Both the position numbers and the translations under genes were made by a program. A stretch of 42,193 bases of DNA from the sequence record SRR20825019_171. One strand, given 5' to 3'. Shown here one piece after another: positions 27,201-35,567 of this stretch (its first letter is position 1; the number at the start of each line of letters is the position of its first letter). The notes under the pieces are model-generated. The model saw nothing but the letters and a program-made list of their open reading frames with translations. It was not told the DNA's origin and ran no database searches.

Positions 27201-28103
27201 TTAATTATTTCGTTTCATTTTTTTTGCCGACTCTACACATCCGCACGGAAGTTCTTCACGATATTCACAATGAAATGTAATTACATCGTTTTGATGATCC
27301 TTGAGGTTGATGGTTTTATAAGATTTCCCTTTGATCATAAATGAGACTTCATAATGTAAAAGAATATCGTTCAGGATAGTCACTTCAAAATCCAAATATT
27401 GCTGTGTTTTCTTGGAACCTTTTCCAGAGTAATAATACGGCAGAAAAAGTTGCGCAGGTCTTTTTGATTTCCAGCTTAGCGAGCCAATTCCAGATGCTCC
27501 CTTTGCACCAGTGATCCCGTTTGTATCTATCCAAGGAAAACCATCAGCCTCAACTCTAAATGGAACGAGATCAATATTTAAAAGACCCTTTAAACTATCA
27601 TGAATATGTTGGAATGATGTGTCAAACTCAATAGGTAAATATTTTATATATACCGGTTTCAATATACTGTAATCCATGTAAACCATCTGAACTGGCTTTT
27701 CTCCGTTCAGTACAAACTCGTCAGGCGTCACAATCCCAATGTCATATAAAACGCTGTCACTACTCACACCTTTCCCATTCATTTTGAAAACTGGAGGAGA
27801 CGCAATATAATATTTGGAAACATAAAATGAGTCAGTCGTTAGTGGATCTGGACGATTACCGTAAGGAACGTTGGCGAGAATTTGATTTGCTTTATTCCAA
27901 TAAAATCCGCTTGTATCAACAATAATTGTATTACACCCATAAAGTTCAACAGCGTGTTTATTATTATGCTTTAGCGTTGAAGTGCCTAAGTTAAAATTTA
28001 CATATCCTACAGAATCTGATCCATTGGCGCTTTGAGCGTTCGACTTAAAACAAAGAAAGAATAACGAAAAAGTAAGTAGTGTAAATTTGGTTAGCGATCG
28101 CAT
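27201..28103 (-). CDS. Hypothetical secreted protein; probable start ATG 28103
   Basis: Signal peptide SNA|Q; 300 aa; C-terminal HC...PCGC. Confidence 0.72.
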   Translation of the reverse strand: MRSLTKFTLLTFSLFFLCFKSNAQSANGSDSVGYVNFNLGTSTLKHNNKHAVELYGCNTIIVDTSGFYWNKANQILANVPYGNRPDPLTTDSFYVSKYYIASPPVFKMNGKGVSSDSVLYDIGIVTPDEFVLNGEKPVQMVYMDYSILKPVYIKYLPIEFDTSFQHIHDSLKGLLNIDLVPFRVEADGFPWIDTNGITGAKGASGIGSLSWKSKRPAQLFLPYYYSGKGSKKTQQYLDFEVTILNDILLHYEVSFMIKGKSYKTINLKDHQNDVITFHCEYREELPCGCVESAKKMKRNN

Positions 28104-28202
28104 TTTGCTTGGTAAATTGATGAAAATAAATGTTTCAGTGAATTTCACTTCTAATTTAACACATTATTTGATGCCCCCTTACAAGTCTTGTGAAGATTCG
28201 AC

Positions 28203-28634
28203 TCACTTTTTTGATTTAGAAATCAGGCCATCCAATTCCCAAGAGCGCTCTTTCATTAGACTCAAGGCAAAAGCTGCGGCAGAAGCGGTAAATACAGAAA
28301 AATCAAATGCTCCTTTTATTCCAGTAGAAAATGTCATTGATAAGGCAAAAATCAGCAATAGAAGTCCACTTAGCTGAGCGAATAGTTTCGTTTTAAACCC
28401 AACGATTAAGAAAACCGCAAAAATAATCTCAGCTGCCGTTGCTATAACCCCAACTGTTGGAATTAACGAACTTGGAATCCACGGGTTAATAAGTTCTGTG
28501 TAGCTCAAGAAATTCTCCCAATTACCCCAAACAGATACCTCTGGAGCCCAAATTCCAAACCTATCAGCTACTGCGGATAAAAATCCAAATGATATTGCAA
28601 ATCTCAAAAAGAGCTTAATTACTTTACTAGTCAT
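28203..28634 (-). CDS. DoxX-family membrane protein
   Basis: FLRFAISFGFLSAVADRFGIW...WGNW..F...TAAEIIF; TATATTTG promoter box at 28657-28664. Confidence 0.85.
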   Translation of the reverse strand: MTSKVIKLFLRFAISFGFLSAVADRFGIWAPEVSVWGNWENFLSYTELINPWIPSSLIPTVGVIATAAEIIFAVFLIVGFKTKLFAQLSGLLLLIFALSMTFSTGIKGAFDFSVFTASAAAFALSLMKERSWELDGLISKSKK

Positions 28635-28682
28635 CTTTATTCATCTTGAATTGACTCAAATATAGCCAACTTGTTTAGCAAA

Positions 28683-29351
28683 CTAATACTGAATTGTGAT
28701 CAATTCGCCTTGTTTGTCTAATAGTTTAATTTCCTCGGGATTGCTAGTCGTATTAACCATGAAAGGGTAGAAGTGATAAACTCCAACCATATCGGCGTCA
28801 ATCTCAGCTTTTTCCTTGTTCAGGTCCATTGCGATCCAGTATGGAATAAACGCCCAATCCAAATCCTTCAGTGTCAAAACGCTCTTGGTTGATTCGATAT
28901 CTCCAGCAAAGTAGATGGTTTTTCCGTGCCAGGTCATTAAGTAAGAATAATGCTTGAACGAAAAACTATGTTCAGTTTCAATGGCTTGAATAGAAAAATC
29001 GACCGCGGTATCACTGAGTTGTTGTAGTTTGTCAAGATTCCACTTCCCATATTTCTGTCCTTTCTTTTTTCTGAGTGCTCTTCGCATATTCTTTCCTGAA
29101 TAATGATCAGGATGCTTATGCGTAAAAATAAAGATGGAATTCTCTTTTATACTATCTAATTCAGCGCTATCAAATTCCATGTATTTGAATGCCCCCGATT
29201 TATAGGGGAAATCGACGTAGATGTTCAAATTTCCATCCGTTAGATGAAGTCCACAATTCCCAAGAAACTTAATTTCTATTTCCCCCGATTGAGCAGATAA
29301 ACCGTGAGTGAGGAGTGAAACGATAAGGATTAGTTTGATTCTTATTTTCAT
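28683..29351 (-). CDS. Exported MBL-fold metallohydrolase; probable start ATG 29351
   Basis: Signal peptide LSA|Q; THKHPDHY (HxHxDH); TEH; YFAGD; late His. Confidence 0.85.
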   Translation of the reverse strand: MKIRIKLILIVSLLTHGLSAQSGEIEIKFLGNCGLHLTDGNLNIYVDFPYKSGAFKYMEFDSAELDSIKENSIFIFTHKHPDHYSGKNMRRALRKKKGQKYGKWNLDKLQQLSDTAVDFSIQAIETEHSFSFKHYSYLMTWHGKTIYFAGDIESTKSVLTLKDLDWAFIPYWIAMDLNKEKAEIDADMVGVYHFYPFMVNTTSNPEEIKLLDKQGELITIQY

Positions 29352-29469
29352 TTGAAGAAATTCGTTTTTGCCGTGAATTGTGATGAATCCTATAAAGGTT
29401 ACAATGATACTCATATAATCTTGAGAGTTCGTTTTTACATTGATAATTAGATTGAGATTAGCGCAAAAC

Positions 29470-29500
29470 AAAAAAGCCCCGAGATTTCTCCCGAGGCTTT
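29470..29500 (-). terminator. rpsA terminator
   Basis: AAAAAAGCCcCG...CGaGGCTTT. Confidence 0.7.
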
Positions 29501-29521
29501 CAATTTATTTAGAATTGGAGA

Positions 29522-31312
29522 CTATTTCTCTCCGCTTTCCATTTTTTGTTTCAACGCAGCAAGAGCATCAAGATCACCTAGTGTTGATTTCTCAGCACTT
29601 GAGTTTACTTTATTTACCGCTGATGAAGTTGATCCTCCACTTTTAGAAGCTCCTCTAGAACCTCCTGATGATGGTTTATCGTCTCCTTCTTCGAAAGTTC
29701 TTGTATGAGATACAACAATCTTACGAGCGTCTTTGTTGAATTCAATCACTACGAAATCCAATGTTTCTTCAACTTTTACAGTTGAACCATCTTCTTTACG
29801 CATGTGACGTGCTGGACAAATTCCTTCCAAACCGTATGGCAATGCAACGATTCCAGATTTATCTTTATTATCAACAACTGTTCCTTGGTGCGTAGAACCT
29901 TCTGCAAAAGTAGATTCAAATACTTCCCATGGATTCTCTTCCATTTGTTTGTGTCCTAATGAAATACGACGGTTTTCACGATCGATTTCCAAAACAGCTA
30001 CATCCATTGGATCTCCTACCTTACAGAATTCTGATGGGTGCTTGATCTTCTTTTGCCAAGAAAGGTCAGAAATGTGGATTAATCCATCAACACCTTCTTC
30101 TAACTCAACAAATACACCGAAGTTAGTGAAGTTACGAACTTTCGCCTCGTGACGTGTTCCAACTGCATATTTACCTTCGATTGCTTCCCATGGATCTGGC
30201 ATCAATTGCTTAATACCTAATGACATTTTACGCTCTTCACGATCCAATGTCAATACTACTGCTTCAACTTCCGCTCCAACAGCCAAGAAATCTTGTGCAG
30301 AACGTAAGTGTTGAGACCAGCTCATTTCAGAAACGTGAATTAATCCTTCAACTCCTGGAGCGATTTCAACGAAAGCACCGTAATCCGCCATAACAACAAC
30401 TTTACCAGTTACTTTGTCACCAACGTTTAATTCAGCACTTAATGCATCCCATGGATGTGGTTGCAATTGTTTCAATCCAAGAGCGATACGTTTCTTCTCG
30501 TCATCAAAGTCAAGAATTACAACGTTCAGTTTCTGATCCAATTCAACGATTTCTTCTGGGTGATTAACACGTCCCCAAGACAAATCAGTAATGTGGATAA
30601 GACCGTCAACACCTCCAAGATCGATGAATACACCGTATGAAGTAATGTTTTTAACCGTTCCTTCCAATACTTGACCTTTCTCAAGTCCAGAAATAATTTG
30701 TTTTTTCTGTTCTTCAAGCTCAGCTTCGATAAGTGCTTTGTGAGAAACAACAACGTTTTTAAATTCTTGGTTGATTTTAACAACTTTGAACTCCATGTTC
30801 TTTCCAACAAACATATCGTAATCACGAATTGGCTTAACGTCAATTTGCGAACCTGGTAAGAATGCCTCAAGACCAAATACGTCTACGATTAATCCTCCTT
30901 TTGTTCTGCACTTAACGAAACCAGTAATGATTTCTCCAGTTTTCAATACTTCATTCACTTTAATCCAAGCGCTATGAACGCGAGCAATTCGGTGAGAAAG
31001 TACTAACTGTCCGTACTTGTCTTCTTGTGTTTCCACATAAACTGGTACAACATCACCAGCTTTTAAATCTGGATTGTAACGGAATTCACTCGTTGGGATA
31101 ACTCCCTCAGACTTAGAACCGATGTTGATTACCACTTCTTTTTTGTTAAGAGATACGATAGTACCTTCAATAACTTCTCTTTCAGCAACTGCATTCAATG
31201 TACCTTCGTACTTGTCTGAATACTCAGAGCGTTGTGCTGTTGAATAACCGTCTAATGCTAATGCATCCCAGTCAAATTCTGCAGTTCCCTGCGTTCTTGT
31301 TTCGTTTGCCAT
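29522..31312 (-). CDS. rpsA: 30S ribosomal protein S1
   Basis: Tandem S1 domains (AFLPGSQID, VDGLIHITDLSW, VEGLIHVSEMSW); C-terminal STLGDL. Confidence 0.98.
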   Translation of the reverse strand: MANETRTQGTAEFDWDALALDGYSTAQRSEYSDKYEGTLNAVAEREVIEGTIVSLNKKEVVINIGSKSEGVIPTSEFRYNPDLKAGDVVPVYVETQEDKYGQLVLSHRIARVHSAWIKVNEVLKTGEIITGFVKCRTKGGLIVDVFGLEAFLPGSQIDVKPIRDYDMFVGKNMEFKVVKINQEFKNVVVSHKALIEAELEEQKKQIISGLEKGQVLEGTVKNITSYGVFIDLGGVDGLIHITDLSWGRVNHPEEIVELDQKLNVVILDFDDEKKRIALGLKQLQPHPWDALSAELNVGDKVTGKVVVMADYGAFVEIAPGVEGLIHVSEMSWSQHLRSAQDFLAVGAEVEAVVLTLDREERKMSLGIKQLMPDPWEAIEGKYAVGTRHEAKVRNFTNFGVFVELEEGVDGLIHISDLSWQKKIKHPSEFCKVGDPMDVAVLEIDRENRRISLGHKQMEENPWEVFESTFAEGSTHQGTVVDNKDKSGIVALPYGLEGICPARHMRKEDGSTVKVEETLDFVVIEFNKDARKIVVSHTRTFEEGDDKPSSGGSRGASKSGGSTSSAVNKVNSSAEKSTLGDLDALAALKQKMESGEK

Positions 31313-31418
31313 CTTGGCGTCAATAATTGTATTTCAAAGCGCCTATTCTCTGAAAGAGGTTTATATAAAAATCCGCTAATTAACTAGACGTACGGAATAC
31401 CGAACCATTTCGGGAGTG

Positions 31419-31426
31419 CAAAGATA
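31419..31426 (-). promoter_or_regulatory. -7 promoter element for rpsA
   Basis: TATCTTTG(CA) on - strand, implying a leader of ~100 nt. Confidence 0.7.
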
Positions 31427-31592
31427 GAGAATTAATTTGAAAACCAATAGTTTTAGATCGCTATTAATCAAAGGCTAAATGTTACAGCTCAACTTGTTAA
31501 TTCTGCACAAACTAGTTTAAAGTATGTGAAGATGGATTTTTGCACAAAGATTAGACTTAATTTCAAACCATAATTTAAAAAAACACAATACT

Positions 31593-32885
31593 ATGAGAAA
31601 AATTTTATCAGTTGCGATTGCTATTTTACCGGGAGCCCTTTTTGCACAAATGTGGTCTAACGTGGGATTGGGAACCAATGAAGCAGTGACTTCTTTTTCG
31701 GTTGATGCCAATCAAACCAATTTATTTGTTGGTGGTCATTTTAGTAATGCAGGTACGGTAACCGTGGGCAAGCTTGCTAATTGGGACGGTGGCAATTGGA
31801 CAGACCTCGGGGCTGACATGGATTACCCTGTTCACGCGGTACTATCCGAAAATGGTAAATTGTACGTAGGTGGAGAGTTTATATCTGCAGGTGGTGGAGT
31901 CGCAAATCGAATCGCTGTTTATGAAAACGGTGTTTGGACCACTTTAGGAAATGGACTTCCAGCGTCTGTAAATAAAATTATTTCGTATAACAATGAAATT
32001 TACGCCGGTACGTTGTCTGGACTCTATAAATGGAATGGAAGTTCTTGGACAAATATGGGACTAACAGATAATACTTATGCAGTGGTAACTGATTTGGAAG
32101 TTTTTCAAGGCGATTTATATGCCGTTGGTTCATTCGACCAAGCAGGAGGGACGAATGTTAATGGAATTGCAAAGTGGAATGGAACCACTTGGTCTGGAAT
32201 AGGCACTGGATCAAATGATTTAATTGACGCAATAGAAGTTTGGAATAATGAACTCTTCATAGGTGGAGTGTTTACAGCAATTAATGGTGTCTCAGCTGGT
32301 GGGTTTGCAAAGTGGAATGGGACAGTAATTGAAGCTGTTGGAAGTGGCGTGCCTTCTATCACCGTTGGATTTCCATACAGAGTAAGCGCAATGGAAGTTT
32401 ACTTGGGAGATCTTTATCTCGGCGGTTTGTTCTTGTCAATTGACGGTGTAAATGCAAGTAATGTTGCTAAATATAATGGAACAGCTTTTTCTTCAGTAGG
32501 TGCGGGAACGAATGATGCAGTATATGCAATGCATGAATTTCAAGGTGAATTATATTTTGGTGGTAGATTTACGCAAGCTGGTGGTCAGAGCGCTTCTTAC
32601 ATTGCAAAATGGTCAGGTGTTGCAGGTGTTACAGAATCAGATAATTCTGGAGTCAAAATCTATCCTGTCCCTGTAATTGATTTATTAACGGTTGATCTAG
32701 GGGAAACTATTGTGAACGAATATTCAGTCCAAACAATTTCTGGAAGAGTTATCTCTAAAGGAAACCGTACACAAACTGGGAAATTAGAGATCTCGTTAGA
32801 AGGACAGTCTGAAGGTGTTTATTTTGTTACTTTAATGACTTCAACTGGAATAGAGGTTAAGCGAAAGTTTATCAAGGTCAACTAA
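31593..32885 (+). CDS. T9SS (type A CTD) substrate with beta-propeller repeats
   Basis: Signal peptide; seven repeats of L(Y/F)xGGxF..AGG...IAKWxG; CTD KIYPVP...GVYFV...KFIK. Confidence 0.88.
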   Translation: MRKILSVAIAILPGALFAQMWSNVGLGTNEAVTSFSVDANQTNLFVGGHFSNAGTVTVGKLANWDGGNWTDLGADMDYPVHAVLSENGKLYVGGEFISAGGGVANRIAVYENGVWTTLGNGLPASVNKIISYNNEIYAGTLSGLYKWNGSSWTNMGLTDNTYAVVTDLEVFQGDLYAVGSFDQAGGTNVNGIAKWNGTTWSGIGTGSNDLIDAIEVWNNELFIGGVFTAINGVSAGGFAKWNGTVIEAVGSGVPSITVGFPYRVSAMEVYLGDLYLGGLFLSIDGVNASNVAKYNGTAFSSVGAGTNDAVYAMHEFQGELYFGGRFTQAGGQSASYIAKWSGVAGVTESDNSGVKIYPVPVIDLLTVDLGETIVNEYSVQTISGRVISKGNRTQTGKLEISLEGQSEGVYFVTLMTSTGIEVKRKFIKVN

Positions 32886-32908
32886 TACAACCTGTAATTA
32901 GTTAAAAT

Positions 32909-32948
32909 AAAGAAAGCGATTGATTCTAGAAATCAATCGCTTTCTTTT
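32909..32948. terminator. Bidirectional intrinsic terminator
   Basis: AAAGAAAGCGATTGATT-CTAGA-AATCAATCGCTTTCTTT, 17-bp perfect stem between convergent genes. Confidence 0.85.
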
Positions 32949-32964
32949 CACCTAAATATTTAAT

Positions 32965-33831
32965 CTATCGGTACTGGAACCAGTACTGCATTCCGTATCG
33001 AGCAGTAGACATGTACGATAGAACTTGAGCTTCCTCTGAATCATTGAGGTACGAAGAGTTTACCACAACATTCTCTGAATTTATAGAGTATTGTACAAAA
33101 GCGTCGATATCATCTTGCCCTTGTGGGTTTGAAGCATCAATTGCTCTAGCGTAAGGAATTAGCACATCGAAAACTCTTTGAGTAAGATCGCCAGAATCGA
33201 ATAAACTAATCACAAAGGCTTCATTTCCTAATTCAGGATTCATAGTTGCCCGTTGAACTGTTGCTTCGCAGTCTTCAAGTTTAAATGTACTTTCCACCGT
33301 TGCTTCTGAAATATTATAATAGCTACTAATCTTACTTACTAAATAAGGGTAAGTAGAAGAAACCTCAGGATCTCCACCCGAGAGTTGATACTCGTGAAGT
33401 GAGTTATAGTGAAGTTCTCCAACGCTATTGTACGGGTTGCTGAGATTACTTGGCATTCCCGTTGCACCAGTAGCATTCGATGGGGGAGCTACGGATCCAG
33501 CTTCCTTAATCGACGCCGAAGCACCACCAGCAACTCCACCAATAATAGCGCCAGCTCCTGTACCTAATCCAGGGACAACAGAACCTACACCAGCTCCAAT
33601 ACCTGCACCAGTTAAGGCTCCTCCTAAATCGGCTCCAACTACCTTCAACCATTTCGGTAGAGCCTTCATGGGCACTTGTTTGTCGATGTAGTTATTTGAA
33701 AGACTTGTCAACTGTTCCACCGTAGCAGGCTCAACCTGACTTTGTGGGGATTGGCTTTCCTTTTTACATCCATAGGCCAGCATAAGGCTTAAAGCAATAA
33801 AGAATGGGATTAATTTGATCGTTTTTTTCAT
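32965..33831 (-). CDS. Lipoprotein with glycine-zipper hydrophobic hairpin
   Basis: Lipobox AYGC then KKES; WLKVVGADLGGALTGAGIGAGVGSVVPGLGTGAGAIIGGVAGGASAS; NPYNSVGELH; STARYGMQYW. Confidence 0.82.
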   Translation of the reverse strand: MKKTIKLIPFFIALSLMLAYGCKKESQSPQSQVEPATVEQLTSLSNNYIDKQVPMKALPKWLKVVGADLGGALTGAGIGAGVGSVVPGLGTGAGAIIGGVAGGASASIKEAGSVAPPSNATGATGMPSNLSNPYNSVGELHYNSLHEYQLSGGDPEVSSTYPYLVSKISSYYNISEATVESTFKLEDCEATVQRATMNPELGNEAFVISLFDSGDLTQRVFDVLIPYARAIDASNPQGQDDIDAFVQYSINSENVVVNSSYLNDSEEAQVLSYMSTARYGMQYWFQYR

Positions 33832-34275
33832 AATATAATTTTATAGACACGCGGACGCATAAACGGTTCACGCATATTGTTATCAATTAAACTGATCGTC
33901 AATTATTCGTAAGATTCCTCAATGATAAGGAGCTCTTGCTTTTCATTGATATCACAGAAATGAGAAAAAAATCTCTAGTGATTAAACGTTCGAACAAATG
34001 ACATAGACCATAACTTGGATATTATTGTACAATAGGAGCTAGCTAACTTCCGTGGTATAGGTCTTATTTTTAACTATTAACAATATAGAGGTTTCAATGA
34101 AAGAATCAAATGTTAGCATTGGTAAATTATCAAATTTCCCCTTAGCATGTTGGATTTCTAACCTATATTCTTGTTGTTTTTCAATTGTTCAAATAGTTTA
34201 AAAAATTGTCAATTATTTCGATAGGGAAGTGATCCTTAGACAGATTAACCAAGGTAACTATAACATTAACTCACG

Positions 34276-34307
34276 AAAAAAGGCGATCAACTAATTGATC
34301 GCCTTTT
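34276..34307 (-). terminator. Terminator of the gyrA-TPR operon
   Basis: AAAAAAGGCGATCAA-CTAA-TTGATCGCCTTTT. Confidence 0.85.
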
Positions 34308-34328
34308 GAAAATTTGTCATGCCTTATT

Positions 34329-35525
34329 CTAAAGTGCATCCATTCTTTTCTTGTATTCTAAAGCTTTCTCAGAGTTCCCAAGATTCTTATGTAATTGAAA
34401 TAGAATGTTCAAAACGGCCTTATCTTCTGGATTAGCACTGATGTACTTTTCCAAAGGAATTAATGCTCGTTTGTACGTTTCGTTGCTTTTTGCAATCAAA
34501 CGATCGTAATTTGGATCGTTAAGTTTCAACGAAGTCGCCTCTTGTTTGATGTCTCCAGCCCAAGTTACCAAGTGAGCTCCAAGTTGATATTGTGCGTCAA
34601 CGAAGTCTGGGTCGATTGCCAATGCTTTTCCAAGTGCTTCTTCTGCTTTTTCATTTTCTTTCAAATCAATATAGATTGTACCAATCGTGTAGTGCAATGA
34701 TTTATTGTTTGGATCTGTCCCAATAGCAGCATTCAACGCAGCTTGTGCACCTTCAGAATCTCCTTCATCGATACTTGTATTTACTGACTCTAACAACAAT
34801 TCTTTGTCCGTTGGATTGTTCTTTCTTGCTTCAGCGATGATAGCTTTTGCACTAGCGAAATCTCCCGAACGACGGTAAGCACTAGAAGCCAAGACAGCAG
34901 AAACAGTTCCGCGGTAGTCAACCTTAGCTACTTTTTCATAACGAATAGCTGCTTCTTTTAATTGATTTGATTTTTCGTAACAAAGTGCTGCATTAAAAAC
35001 ACGCGGTGTATCAAGAACGTTAACGCAAGCATTCAACTCAGCCATAATATCGTATCCGATAGCTGCTTGAGCATATTTCTCGCTGTTGTATTGTTCTGAC
35101 GCTGCTTTTGAAAGCAATCCAACGTTGAAATCTACCGTCTGAACAATATCATCTTGGTATTTTTTCCCCAAACCGTAGCCTTTTGACAACGATTCTTTCA
35201 CCGTATTCATAGGATCAGAACCTAATTTCGACATCAAATCCTTGTCATTTGTACTATTTGCAATGTAAATAAGCGCACTGTAAATATCGCCTTTAAGCCA
35301 AAGTGTTTTTTGACTCTCTTTCGTATCTTCATGAGCTGCCGCCAAATCAATGTACTCTTTTGCCGTCCAGTAGCTTTCTTTTGCTTCCTTCAGTTTCTCA
35401 GCAGAAAGTGCTTGAAGTGCTTTATTTCTCTCTAATGCTGCGCTCGTTTCATTCTTCTTTTGAGCATAAGTGCTTGCCGAAATGGTTAGGATACCAATTG
35501 CAAGAGTGATATTCTTTAAAATCAT
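34329..35525 (-). CDS. Exported TPR-repeat protein
   Basis: Signal peptide TYA|Q; TPR patterns such as LHYTIGTIY...AEEALGKALAIDPDFVDAQYQLG; directly downstream of gyrA. Confidence 0.88.
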   Translation of the reverse strand: MILKNITLAIGILTISASTYAQKKNETSAALERNKALQALSAEKLKEAKESYWTAKEYIDLAAAHEDTKESQKTLWLKGDIYSALIYIANSTNDKDLMSKLGSDPMNTVKESLSKGYGLGKKYQDDIVQTVDFNVGLLSKAASEQYNSEKYAQAAIGYDIMAELNACVNVLDTPRVFNAALCYEKSNQLKEAAIRYEKVAKVDYRGTVSAVLASSAYRRSGDFASAKAIIAEARKNNPTDKELLLESVNTSIDEGDSEGAQAALNAAIGTDPNNKSLHYTIGTIYIDLKENEKAEEALGKALAIDPDFVDAQYQLGAHLVTWAGDIKQEATSLKLNDPNYDRLIAKSNETYKRALIPLEKYISANPEDKAVLNILFQLHKNLGNSEKALEYKKRMDAL

Positions 35526-35567
35526 GCTTCTAGTTTTTCAATTTATTATTAGATGTAAAAATCGGAA

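Noticed and set aside
28683..29351. Metallo-beta-lactamase resistance gene
   Set aside because: HxHxDH shows only the MBL fold; no class B beta-lactamase-specific features were recognised
31893..31902. GGTGGAGTCG, identical to the tmRNA 3' end as read on the + strand
   Set aside because: Only 10 bp, inside Gly-Gly-Val codons, and on the wrong side of ssrA for an att site
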